A stretch of DNA of 64,000 bases from Rotaria socialis (Eukaryota). The notes under the pieces are model-generated. The model had not been told where the DNA came from, made no database searches, and saw nothing but the letters and a program-made list of their open reading frames with translations. The first letter of the stretch is position 1. Each line of letters opens with the position of its first letter. The DNA is taken from NCBI GenBank assembly GCA_905331295.1, contig CAJNYD010000236.1, positions 62,001-126,000 of the forward strand. The letters run 5' to 3'. This document shows, one piece after another, positions 51,771 through 64,000 of the stretch. Made by a program: the position numbers and the translations under genes.

Positions 51771-52394
51771 TCAGATAATTAATTCAATAGATAATTTACT
51801 ATTATATCAACGTTTAAAATACTATTCTAATTCCAACGAGATTATATAATGACACCTTCTAAACGCTTTCAAGCCAGGGGGGAAAAGCTCATTCGGGCAT
51901 TCCCTGCCATTCCTAGCCATCACCAGCCATTCTCAACCATTCCAATATATTCCTAGTTATTCTAAAATTTTCTCAAATAGGGATGCACAATTTTTCTTAA
52001 TGAGACTTTGAAGTAATTTCAGTTCACATGAAACTTAAGATGTTTTTTCTTCTTAACACTTCATACTTGTAATTTGTTGTTAATTGATGATATTGAACTT
52101 AATTTTAAATTAATGTAAATGATTCACCCCTACTCTCATGTAGTGTTATTTTCATAAATTACTATATCTGCCTTCAGAACCATGCCATTTTCTAAAGGTT
52201 ACAGTTTTTCATTGAAGCCGATTTACATAATGTTAAACTTAGTTAACGCATATTCACAAGTAGTAGTATTAATCATTGAAAATCAATAGATTTTCATTGA
52301 TTGAAAACTACGCATTATCCGAATTCAAGCACATAAAAAATATGGATGAAATGGAAAACATTCATTTGAGATGTGGAGTACCTTTATTCTAAAG

Positions 52395-52712
52395 CAGGGT
52401 TGCCACCAAACGAAGTATAAAAAGCGAAAAATAGCGGAAAGAAAAACAGAAAAAGCGAAAAAAAAGTGGAAGCTTATATTGTTGCAGATTTATAATGCTT
52501 CTAAGAATATTAGGTATTTTTTCATATTTATTGTATTCCTTTTTATTTCATCAAAGTTTCAAAACATAAAAAATGATGACTCACGGTATTTGTAAATAAT
52601 AAGAATTGATTCAATAATATCAAAATATTATTCTGTACGTATGTTTGATATGCTACATATTTTATACAAAAAAGCGGAAAAAAGTGAAAAAGCGGAAGAG
52701 GTCGCAACCCTT
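52395..52712. mobile_element. hAT-type MITE with 8-bp TSD
   Basis: Termini are CAGGGTTGCCACC ... GGTCGCAACCCTT. Flanks are TTCTAAAG (52387-52394) and TTCTAAAC (52713-52720). AAAAAGCGGAA sub-terminal repeats are present. Confidence 0.8.
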
Positions 52713-53284
52713 TTCTAAACGTACAGAAGGGATTTGATTCCTAGGTCCCGGAAAACATTTTGTTTTTCTTGAACAAAGTGATTGTATCGTTTTGATGATC
52801 AAATTTTCAAAAAAATAGGGACTCTCCTTAACTCTGACTAATTTTTGTAAGAATCTTCTGATCAATCGCCTAAGTCATTGAAAGTCTTGTTCTCATGTAA
52901 CCTTGACAGGCTGCGATATCCGTGATTCCGAATTATTCTAAATCATCCCCATTTGTACTTACTGAATGAGTATTTTTCTATAATATTGAAGTAACTTTCT
53001 AGGATGAGAAAAATCATATAAAACAGACTAGTCACATGAATATTTTTTCATTCAATTTAATTTCAATAGTATTCAATTAATTCGAAAAAAAAGATACATT
53101 TAGTAGTATTATTTTAATAGTCACCTAGCTGAGCAACCAGTCGCATTCTTTACTATCTGTTTTCCTTTATGCTTGGAATCAATTCTTTTAGGCACTTTTT
53201 TCATTTTGCTCTTTACAATAACTAATATATCTATGTATGCATATTAAATCGAAAAAGTACATATTTGTGAAAGTACTGACTAGT

Positions 53285-53879
53285 GAGCTTTCCAAGGTGA
53301 ACTCCACGGATTCCAATGAACTTTCGTCCATGATACTGCGCGATGTTATAGTAAAAATACCAAAAGACTTTGAATGGATAGCACTTTATTGAAAAGTTAT
53401 GCTCATTTTGCAGATTTTCTTTTTTTTTTGAGCTACCAGAAAGTGAAATAATCAGATTTTGCTCAGAGATGTTTTCAATACATAGGTCGACTGAACACTA
53501 AGACACCATGAAAATTTTAGCAATAAGAAATATGTTCTTCGAAATATACTCACTTTTTTAAGAATAGGCTCTTTTTTCAAAAACACTAGACAATCGAACG
53601 TTTTTTGAAGGAATATATTTAAAAGAACATATACTATTGCTAAAAGTTTCATAATGTTTTAGTGCTTAGTCTGTCTATTTGATAGCAAATTTTCAAATCA
53701 AAATTTATTTATTTCACTTTCTGATAACTCAAAGAAAAGGAAAAAATTTGAAAAATGCGTATACCTTTTGAAGAAAGCACTACGCACTGAAAATAGTGCA
53801 ATATTTTCACTGGAGAACATCGTACAGTATCCATGAACAAAAATCCATTGCAATCTGTGGGGGTCAGTTTGGGAGGCTC
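53285..53879. mobile_element. Palindromic MITE with GAG...CTC termini and ~170-bp TIRs
   Basis: The left arm GAGCTTTCCAAGGTGAACTCCACGGATT...CAGAAAGTGAAATAA is mirrored by TTATTTCACTTTCTG...AATCTGTGGGGGTCAGTTTGGGAGGCTC. Confidence 0.75.
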
Positions 53880-54588
53880 CATCGTGAATTGATTCTATTA
53901 AAATATTATGCTATCAACATAATGATGGTTCTCGTTGTTAGTAATTACTTGTAATTATGAATATGACAAATGTTCATGTGTGTGAGTAACAACATAATGT
54001 GATGACGATGAATAAAGTCTGATACATATTGGAAAACTGTTATACTATTTTCAACAGGCTTCCTTTAGTCAGAGCATTTCGACAATAGTGATAATCATGT
54101 GTCTAGTGGATTTTAAAGTTTTTGCATAGTTTGAACTACTTCAAGACACTAATTCATAGCGATTAATTGAAAGCCATTCCAGCCCATTCCTAGTCATTTG
54201 AATAGCTCGGAATGCACTTTTTCCTCCTTGCTTTTAAATGCGTATATTTTCGTTTTGCATATCTCGTGCGATACTTCATTGGAAGTACTTAGGTAGTCTT
54301 ATCTGATAAAAATATTTTCTTTCTGGTAAAAAAATGTGAAAATGAAACGGTCAAACAAGATGTAAGTTTGTATCGATTGATTGTCTTGCTAGGAACTATT
54401 CAATTTAAAATCTTTACTACTTGAATCATCATAATAATGGTGATAATCATACAATGGCTGTTTAATAAACTATGCATACAAAATAGCCTAGGACACAAAA
54501 TATGTTTTTGTCATGTTAAGATAAGAAGCAAAAAAACAAAACAACTTTCTAAATACTCTAAGTCACGATACATTTGTATTATTTTTTC

Positions 54589-55053
54589 ATGGCGATGATA
54601 AAAGTTCTTTTACTATTTGCATGTTGTATTGTTTACAGTCAATGTGATAATTGTCGCGTATGCATTATTGGTTCAACTTGTACAGATGATTATATTCATT
54701 TTAATATTTCAATATCAAATGAATGTCAAAGTCCACTAGCTACCTATTTTAGTTACAATACTGATGTCGAGTCAGAAAAACATTATTTAAATGAAACAAT
54801 CAATTGTCAAAATTGCGATGTTGATCTTAGTATTGAAACTATTAATGATGCATGGGATTATATGTTAACACTTGAATCACCTCAATCAACAAAATCATGT
54901 TCTATTCGTAAAGCTCGTTGTGGTGGATATACATCACGATATATATGGATTGGTACTGTTAGTCTTTCGGGTTTATTCGTTGTGCTTGGTACTGTATTAT
55001 GTATTGTTCGATATTGTCGTACTCGAAAACCAACAAATCATACTATACAGTAG
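54589..55053 (+). CDS. Small single-pass type-I membrane protein with Cys-rich ectodomain, unknown family
   Basis: Signal peptide MAMIKVLLLFACCIVYSQC, an ectodomain with 8 Cys after it, TM segment IWIGTVSLSGLFVVLGTVLCIV and a basic stop-transfer RYCRTRK. The gene is intronless. Confidence 0.7.
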   Translation: MAMIKVLLLFACCIVYSQCDNCRVCIIGSTCTDDYIHFNISISNECQSPLATYFSYNTDVESEKHYLNETINCQNCDVDLSIETINDAWDYMLTLESPQSTKSCSIRKARCGGYTSRYIWIGTVSLSGLFVVLGTVLCIVRYCRTRKPTNHTIQ

Positions 55054-55225
55054 ATAGTTCATTTAGTATTAATTATTCTTTCAATTCATTATCTGATATA
55101 ATAAACTAATATAATATTTTGCTTAAACAAAGAGAACAAAGTAGCCTTATTTCTTATCAATAATGTATACTGTGAAATACGATTGGTTTTTATTAGAATT
55201 TATGATCTCTGTATAATTATTGTAT

Positions 55226-55714
55226 TGTATATGTTACAGGGGAAATTGAAATGCAGGGCTATTTAAAATAGCCCTTAGGGGAAATTGAAATTTTAATCTC
55301 CCCTAGGGCAAATTAAAATTTTGTTTTTTCCGGGCTCAATTTATGAGAAAAAGTAAAGATTTTGATTTCGAAACGTACTACATTCGCACCCGCATCAACA
55401 TTGGCATCTAATTATCAAGTTTCATCACATCAGTCTTTTCCAAATACCTGAATTCGCGCAAAAGACGCTTATTTTATTTGTGGGTATGGATGTAGCGTGT
55501 ACATGAGGGTGTGGGTGTAGGTGCGTGTATGGGTGCTAGTATTAGTGTGGATATGAATGCAGTACGTTTTGAAATCAAAACCTTTACTTTTTCTCATAAA
55601 TTGAGCCCGGAAAAAACAAAATTTTAATTTGCCCTAGGGGAGATTAAAATTTCAATTTCCCCTAAGGGCTATTTTAAATAGCCCTGCATTTCAATCTCCC
55701 CTGTAACATATACA
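55226..55714. mobile_element. Young MITE with ~160-bp near-perfect TIRs
   Basis: TGTATATGTTACAGGGGAAATTGAAATGCAGGGCTATTTAAAATAGCCC... at 55226-55385 is almost exactly the reverse complement of 55555-55714. Confidence 0.92.
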
Positions 55715-56566
55715 TTAAATTTCAATAAAGAATCTAAAATACTTGATAAAGTATCTTAAATGTTAATCATCAAATGCATAGCATAATATAAGTGTTAATA
55801 ATTTAATTTGTAGTGCTATCAGTTCAACTTAGCATGTAAACTTGATCAAAATAATAGTGAAGCAATGATATATAAGAAATGCATGAATAAAAACCAAAAT
55901 AAAGTTGTATACGTATAGACATATTTAACTATTTCTGATAATCACTAGGGAAAATATTAATGTTTATTTTCCGTGCAGGCATTGTTACAATAGAATAAGT
56001 TAACACGAAGTTTTTTCACAGGATAGCTTTACAGTTAAAGATGCTTTTCCAGAGAGAATTACAGATTTTTCGAGTATTAACAATCTTGTTTTTCATAAAA
56101 TATTTATTACTCGTTATGAATTTATAGCAAAATTCTTTAATATTCTCTTTCTGAGACTAAACAAATCTATCAAATTAAATGAGTCCGTAAACCATAAGTT
56201 TCTTGATGCATAATCATAGTTTTGAAATATTTTAATTATAAATGAGCGCAGATATTTTCATTTCTTACAAAAAAAAAGCTATATCGCTATATGCAACATG
56301 CACACTATATGTTCTGATAAAAAAAATAGTATTCTGCATTTTCCTGATATTTAATCATTATCCAACTAAATATTATTAAAATAAAATTTTAATTATAGCT
56401 GTTTGCCATGATATGTGATCGTAGTAATAGATCACATATTTTCTTCGTCATCTATCTTCATCTTGATACTCTCCCTCTCGTTGCTTTCCTTCTCTCACAT
56501 GTAATGCCTAGCTATGTTTACATATATTAGAGACTAGAAAAATTCATGATAATGGTAAATGTATAT

Positions 56567-58821
56567 GAGCCAGTCCACGTAAGCGACGCCCGAATCTGCT
56601 CAAATGATGTTATTCAATTTTTCTCAATTTGATATATGTTGTAGCAGGAAGAGTTCTGAGAATTTTCACGAAAGCCGTTTTGAAAAATATTGAACGCTCG
56701 ATTTTTTATGATCATTTTACGAAAAGGCCCAAAAATGACCATTTTCATTGAGCTTGACTTCATGTGGCTATATCTCGAAGTTGGCTCTATAGAACGAGCT
56801 GCAATTTTGTACAGGCATATAACGTAATGAGTTCTACTTACCATAGAATTTGTGTCTCGAAATATGGAATTGTTGAAATTTCATGAACCCTTTGATATAG
56901 ACGAAAGTGAGTGTTTTCGGTAACTTTCCTTCTATATAACATTTGATTAAAATAAGATGGATGCATGAAACTTTCACGGCAGATTGAACACTCATATAGA
57001 TCTATGTTTCCTGAAAATTTTAGTCATCTATCTTATTTCGTTTAGGCACAATAGGCTCCTGAATAATGGGGTTTTGCCGAAACACGTGTTTTTAGGATGA
57101 GTTTTCTGCCAAAATATGAGTCACTTGAGAAGCTGCTTGTTACAAGTTGGTAGCCATATCTCTGCTCTACAATTCTATAAAAAAAAATCAGCGTGGGATC
57201 TCCATAAATGGCCTGCACAGTAGATCATTTTCGTATAGGGGTTTATGAGGCATTCGATGAAAGTTACCATTGGTTTCCCCTAGAAATCACTGACTATGTG
57301 ATTACTGATTGTCATGACCGTACATTAGTTATAGAGACGAGTTTTCCGCGAATATCTGTCCAAGAAACTTGAAAAAATATAATACCGTTCTTGAGACATT
57401 CAAGTTATTTTTAAGGTCATTTTGGCGAAAAAATCCCGTTTTTTCGATTTTTTTGACACAGATATCTCATGAAAGATACGCCTATTTTGGTTCAAATTTT
57501 CACTGTGAGCCTTTTCAAAGTTTATAGCTATTTCCTAAAAGAAATGAACTCAAAATTTATATATCGACTAAACATATCACAATTCAGATGTCGAATTAAT
57601 ATCACAAAGAAGTTTCTTTATTAAGCGAAAATAGTTTTCTCGATAGTTTTATTCGTACTGAAAATTTTCCTGTAGAAATCAAATTTTCCGTGATTTTCTA
57701 TGCTCAATTTCTTCCAGAAGGAGCAAGATTTAGTTGAAAGTTTTGTATGTATTATCATCAACTTTGTAGGTACTATCCAGTTATATGGCTATGAAAGATT
57801 TGAAATCAAAGGTGTCTGCTAAGTAGGCGGGTTTTTTATCTTCGGTTTTGAAGTTTTCGTCAATTTTTTGAGCTGCCTACTGAAGAAATAGAGAACTTTT
57901 GTGAAGAGAAAAACAAATATTCATGGTGAATTCAAACCAAACTACGAAAAAAATGATATTTCAGTAACGATCGGACACTTTTATGAATCTACCATTTTTT
58001 CCGTGATTTTTTTCTTGATTTTCATGCTTTATTCAAACGCATTCATCATGAAATTAAGTACGTATGTTTCGTAGTCTCTAGCTAGGACATCATGAAAATT
58101 ATCGTTTTTTTGTTGTCTGAACCCTCTCTGTACTCAATCAGTAGCCAAAACCTTCACCAGAACTTCAAAATTCACCATGAAACTACCTTACTAATCAGAC
58201 AGTTTTCATTTGAAGTCTCTCAAAATTTTACAACTGGATAGTACCTCCAAAGTTGATGATAATACATACAAAATTCACAACTAAATATCGTTCGTTGCAT
58301 AAGAAATTATGCTTCCAAAAACATGAAAACGTTAATTCTTCCAAGGAACATTTCAACAGGAATAAAATTTTCAAGAAACCTAGTTGCCTTTAATAAAAAA
58401 TTCCTTTGCGATATTAATTCGAGATCTGAACTGCGATCTGTTTAGTTGATATGTAAATGCGCAAAACACGAAAAATTCCTATATTTTTCAGCGGTTTGGC
58501 TGCTGAAGTTGAATCATAAATCTTTGATATATTTGAGTTCACTTCTTTTCGGAAATACCTATAAACTTCAAATAGGCTCACAATGAAAATTTGAACTAAA
58601 ATAGATGTATCTTTCATGAGATATCGGTGTCAAAAAAAATCGAAGAAAAGTGATTTTTTCACCAAAATCGCCTTAGAACAATTTGAATGTCTCAAGAGCG
58701 GTTTTATATTTTTTCAAGTTCCTTGGGCAGAAATTCGCGGAAAACTCGTCTCTATAACTAATATACGGCCATGAAAATCGGTAATGATATAGTCAGTGAT
58801 TTCTAGGGAAAACCAATAGTA
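56567..58821. mobile_element. Large foldback-type non-autonomous element with right arm truncated
   Basis: 57265-~57900 is an imperfect reverse complement of ~58120-58821 (e.g. CCCTAGAAATCACTGACTAT / ATAGTCAGTGATTTCTAGGG). The left boundary is inferred at GAGCCAGTCCACG (56567). Confidence 0.75.
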
Positions 58822-59600
58822 CACTCTAAAAAAAGCTAATTTTACCGAATTCCTCAGAAAAGTTTCGTAGGTGGCTAAAAGCTTCCAAATACGTTCAAAG
58901 GCTTGAAAAAACAATTGTTAAAATCTGCGAAACCTTAACAGGATTTGATTGCGGGTACACGCTCGAAACCATATCCTACGAAACCTGTTTTAAGTTCCGT
59001 ACAGCAAAAAACGGTTTCGTATTATCTTACGAAACCTTTACCCAGGTCGTGGAGATACAGTGGGAAACGACCGGAAAGCACGGGAAAGCGCTGGAAAGTG
59101 GAAGCAGTATTCCGGTCGGAAATAGCCGGATTATTTTTCTGTGGATCCCGGTCAGTTTCCTGTGATTTCCCGCTGGAAGTTGACCGGAATAGGCCGGAAA
59201 AAAATTCAGCAACTCCCGACCTGAATATTGCTTCGACTTTCTAGCGCTTTCCGGCCGGATACGGTGATTTTTCCGCATCTTTCCGGCCGGCTCCTACATT
59301 ATCTGTCCTCCAGAATCATTGGCCTGAGTATAGTTTCCTAGTGAACCTGTTGGTTTCGTATAATACCATAGTGCGAAACCAAAAAGGTTGTGTAAGAAAA
59401 TGCGAAACCTTTTTTTGCTGTATGGGACTTAAAGAAAGTTTCGTAGGAGATGATTCGGATCGTGTGCCCGCGACCCTATCCTTTTAAGGTTTCGTAGATT
59501 TTAGCAATCTCTTTTTCGAGCCTTTGAATGCATTTAGACGCTTCTAGACACCTACGAAGCGTTTTTGGAGGGTTCAGTAAAATTACCTTTTCTTTTAGTG
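58822..59600. mobile_element. MITE with CAC...GTG termini, ~215-bp TIRs and TA TSD
   Basis: TA|CACTCTAAAAAAAGCTAATTTTACCGAA ... TTCAGTAAAATTACCTTTTCTTTTAGTG|TA, with CGAAACC sub-repeats in both arms. Confidence 0.82.
59041..59328. mobile_element. GC-rich CCCAGG-type MITE nested in the previous element
   Basis: TA|CCCAGGTC ... GGCCTGAG|TA, with CCGG-rich internal palindromes. Confidence 0.75.
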
Positions 59601-62600
59601 TACACACATGGATAATATAATCGGTCACTTATGCCCCATTTTTTTAGGTGGTGTTAGCAGATGCCTAGCATAATATTAGTTTTTGGATACAATAGTTATT
59701 TTTAAAAGCGCAGGAATGTCTCTTGTATGATTGATATGAAAAAGGAATTTTATAATTTCTGTTCAGAATAAATTTTGAAAAAATCGTCTCATTAATGTTA
59801 GTCGACCCTGTCTAGTTTTTTATTTGAATATTAGATTTAAATTTTAAATATATATATATATTCATACTTAATAGGAATACATATTAATCCGTACAGAAGA
59901 TTTTTTTCATATTAATATGTAATCATAAATGGCTTTTAGATATCTAGATAAATATTTTCTTATATAGTGACTGTTTATTTTAATTGTTAAAGCAATAGAC
60001 TAAAAATAAAGTTTTTATCTTTTTTTCTATTAAATATGAAGGGAAATGGACTTTTAAAATGAAAATTTACGTGTTGATTCTAATATTTTGTTCAACCCCA
60101 GTGGCATTTTCACCACACTAACTGCCAAAAAAGATAGTTTAATAACACAAAAGTATAGATAGGTCAATGCAAACCTAGCCCGAAGTAGCGACAAGTAAAA
60201 ACCAACTAACGAATCAAAAAGCCTACGCAAGTCAAATAGAATAATAAGATGTATAACATATTTGAAACAGAAAAAAAGAAGAAGAATTCCAAGTAGTTGG
60301 GCAATTCTGGAGAAAATACCTTTTTAGAGAATTGGCTGAGAAAGATTCCGTTAGATGGTGAGATTCGTTATCCAACATTTCGAAATGAGAACGGTATAGA
60401 ACGGATTTTGAAAGGATGAAAAATTGTTTTTTTCTTAAAAAAAGTTTTCTCTGAAATTGGAACGCGTTCTACGCCGTTTTTTTCTATGATTATTTTTCGC
60501 TGGGTTCTTTGTTCTATCACCGTCAGTTTCTCTTGACACTAATACGCATCGATGGCAAGCATTAGAAACGATGAAAAAAGGGCTAAAGGAGAAAATCCGG
60601 AAACGGATACACATTGAAGACAATATGCAATCTAACATTGCCGTCATATTTCCTCAAAAACAGCTCTCCTGTAGAAATTTTATTATTATGATCTGAACTG
60701 TCGAACGACTAAATATCATAGAAATGAACGGCACTATTTGTTTAATAGTTGAGAATGTAAAGATAGAGTTTCGGTAAGGGTTGTATTCAATATCAGAGTA
60801 TCTTCACTACTATTTTTCTCATATATTTTTGGTAGATTCAAGAGAATACGATTAACAGAGTTTAATTTTTATTAATACAAAAGCAGATTTTAGTATTTGA
60901 AAGTTCAGTAGATAGTAGAACTTATTTTTCATTTTATGAGAATCTAAATCAATGATTTTGAACATTGAACAATTAACAGATCAAATTTCAATTCAAATAT
61001 TTATAATATTCTAATCGTGGAAATATTAAAATCGAATTCACTTTAGCTATAAAATAATTTTATCAAAACAGTAACAAAATAAAATTATAGGCTAATATAT
61101 TATTCTTACAAAACGAACAACAAATAATAGAGTTTCGTTGAATTTTCGATATGTCAGTGCATTTCCTTATAAAACATTTTCCGTTTTATTTAGAATGTTA
61201 TTTTTACACTAAAACTAGATATTTTAATCATGTTTTTTTTTATTATAACATATTAAAATTGATACCGAAGATAATTATTAATTTTGCTATATTTAATCTA
61301 TGATGTATTTGTGGAAATTACGATATGTATCATATAAATTGTAATGATTCATTTATTTAGTATTATTCAGTCTTCTAATACAATATATCAGCTAGTCAGG
61401 CAGCACTATACTAGTTTCTTTATAGTTATCTATTCGTTAGAATTGTATTTGGTCTCTATAGTAAATGGTTCATAGTTATCTAATTGCGTCCTGTTTCATC
61501 AAAAAGCTAATTTTTAGAAAAGTGAGACTTTACATTTTTTTATTAGAATTCTTCGCCAATCGAAGTTGAGTAAAAATTGAGTCAAAACAGCCGTAATTTC
61601 AAGAGTTATCTGATTTCTATTTATGCTGCAGCATCAAAAAAGATGTTAGATCATAGGAGATTACAAGAATGTTTCGATTCTATTTTGTTTCTGGTATACG
61701 AAATTAAAATATGTTCTTCTGATTATGTTTCATATTTCTTTACGGAATAATTTATTGCTTCGTAGATAGTAATGGAAATCTACCTGTGCAATACTACACG
61801 ATATGAACCATCGAAATGCCAGTCGTCTAAAATTCAATATATAGCTGTTTATGAGCATAAACATACTTCATATGATGCATCATGAGCATCCTTCACAATT
61901 ATTATTTCATGTTCGTGACAGTAAAATAATAAAGTGGATAAAAAATAGACATTTCAGTTAAAAACTCTGATGATAATTAATCATTCATATATATATATTT
62001 ATTTATTTATTTATTTGCGCTCATGGAACAAAGATGGCATCGCTTGCAGACATAGAATAAGCGTGAAATTGTAAGCTGCCTTGTGGCGAACCTGCGAAAC
62101 ATTGTGAGTAACACATCCTTCGTCCAAATTACTCTGATTATATCCTATAAATATCGACATGTAATCGTTTCTACTTATCCTAAAGCCTTCACATTCGCAT
62201 GATGTACAAGAGAAACTTCGACCATTCATACGTTGACTTCAATCATTGATGCCTCATATATTTGAGTCGTGTTTCTGTCATATTTACACTCGATTAATTT
62301 CTACTGGATCTAAAGATACGCGCAAACTGTATGAGATATTGTTTTGAAGCTCAGCAATCATTTTAATACGAATAATGGATAAGAATATTCTTTGCGTGTC
62401 ACACAGAAAGTGTTATTCTCTTGCATGTTCGCATAGTTTTAGTAGCAATGTGAGTTTAATGTTCACTAGAATAGATCCTTTTTTATTTATTAGGTTTGTT
62501 CTCTTTCGGAAAATCTGATTCAATCTATTCTCGCTTTTATAACACTAGATATGCAAACGAGTGAAACTGTTTTAGGATTTCCGAAAAATGAGTATCGACG

Positions 62601-62780
62601 AGTTTCTGCTACGATAATTACATTTCATCTTTTTTTTTCTTCTTATTTGTGTCTCATGCTTGATAGAACTAAGCCATAGCAGGGATTGTAGTAGTTAGAA
62701 GAGCAACAATTCTTCGTAAAAAAAATATTATCGAATCATATTGTTGTATTGTAATCGATTCAATCTGATAGAAAAAGAAA

Positions 62781-62827
<47 letters not shown>

Positions 62828-62841
62828 CATGATGATGTTGA
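62781..62841. repeat. (ATG/GAT)n trinucleotide microsatellite
   Basis: Read directly from the sequence. It produces spurious poly-D, poly-M and poly-I ORFs. Confidence 0.95.
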
Positions 62842-64000
62842 TTTTGGTAGTGTATTTTTCTTTTTCTCTCTCTATTGCTCCAGAGAACACCATGATAGGT
62901 TCAATAAAAAACAAAAAAATGCAAAAACTTATTTTAACACACACAGTTGTTTTCTGTCAGTTTATTGTATGATGTTAGTGAAAGCTAGTGAGTATTTGAA
63001 CTTTCCTGCTGCCGTTTACTTTCATCTCTCGACGTCGGAATAGAGAAAAGAGCAAAAAAAGAGAAGAATAGAGAAAAATGTTGGATGTTAATAGAACACG
63101 CGATAAAAACGCCTACTTTGTCTTCATATTAGAGCTTATGGTTTTTCTAACTACTTCTATTTATCAACTGGGTGTCGGAGATGATAGCAGCGAAGAAAAA
63201 AAATGAGAGTAACAATAAGCTAACCGTTTTCAAATGAGAGAGAACAAAAGAAGTATGCGGATAAAGACGATCAGGAAAAATCGATGAAGTAAGGTATTCA
63301 AGAATGAGAGAAACATCTATTTATGTGACTTCTGTTTCCATTAGCATTGAATAACGGCATTATTCATTGATTTTCTCTCGACTCTTACGTATTTCGTGTG
63401 TACTTATTGTTTAGTAGATTTTTTCCTTCTTTTAATGTAGGGCCAGAAGTCGATCGAAGTAGCGTCTCTCGAAGTATATTGAATCTGTAATAATAAACTA
63501 TAGGTCAGTTTGTTGGTTAGGTATACTAAAACAAAAGAGAAAGAAACAATTGTTTGATAGATACGATTATCATCAAAGCTATGAGTCGAGCATTTAGATA
63601 TTACGCAAAACCAATTGCTTAATTCATCAGTACCTCTTCTTCTCATTTTCGTTTGTAGATCAAACAGAATGAAACATTGTCATTCTATATTTTTTTGACA
63701 TTTTGATTAATGATGCCCATAAAAACTGTCAGACATATCTGCATAAGAAGAAGAAGAGAGAAGAAGAAAAACCTGTTTTTTATCACGCTAACAAAAATCT
63801 AAAAGCATAAAAAATGATTAAAAACAGAATACATGAGCTCAAATTTTCCAATGTTTGCAATTAAAAGAGGAATCATAGTCAGTAAAGCTATTGCGATGAG
63901 TGCTTTTTTATGTTCATGGTCAATAATCTAAAACAAAAAGCTTAACACCAGCTTTTAATCATCTCATTCGTTGTCTTTCTTCTTTCTTTTCTTTTCTTTT

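Larger units (their letters stand above)
51870..54234. mobile_element. Degenerate ~2.4-kb non-autonomous DNA transposon hosting two nested MITEs
   Basis: The left end CAAGCCAGGGGGGAAAAGCTCATTCGG matches the reverse complement of the right end (AAAGCAAGGAGGAAAAAGTGCATTCCG). GCCATTCC sub-terminal repeats occur at both ends. Confidence 0.6.

Noticed and set aside
58414..59278. Several 66-99 aa ORFs as transposase remnants
   Set aside because: They lie within non-coding TIRs and show no DDE or DNA-binding motifs.
62011..62229. 72-aa ORF with CxxCxC motif
   Set aside because: It is too short and unsupported by splice signals or a recognisable family. It could be a gene fragment, but I cannot support a call.
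62669..63043. Poly-D, poly-M and poly-I ORFs
   Set aside because: Artefacts of the (GAT)n microsatellite.

Overview
This is AT-rich eukaryotic (animal) genomic DNA with many 50-70 bp GT-AG introns. Core metazoan genes sit alongside genes that look non-metazoan, and there are many small palindromic transposons. That mix is most consistent with a bdelloid rotifer; this is an inference, not checked by a search. Splicing the ORF fragments by hand gives these gene models: a LURP-one-like protein, an FRS2/3-like PTB adaptor, a fungal/PSD2-type phosphatidylserine decarboxylase, a SERTA/IER-like protein, C2orf73/CIMIP6, NOXRED1, an innexin, a small secreted 8-Cys peptide, NRBF2, a PCTAIRE CDK, MGRN1/RNF157, AF10/MLLT10 and a small type-I membrane protein. 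The strongest candidate for novelty is missed by the ORF track. It is a 3-exon gene (3143->2039, minus) encoding a signal peptide, a catalytically dead secreted-PLA2 domain and a C-terminal domain that looks microbial. Also notable are a trypsin-like protease gene disrupted by a 235-bp solo LTR inserted at its catalytic His-Cys codons, a probable horizontally acquired PS decarboxylase carrying an intron, and nested MITE/foldback insertions at 51.9-59.6 kb. Family assignments come from remembered motifs, not database searches.
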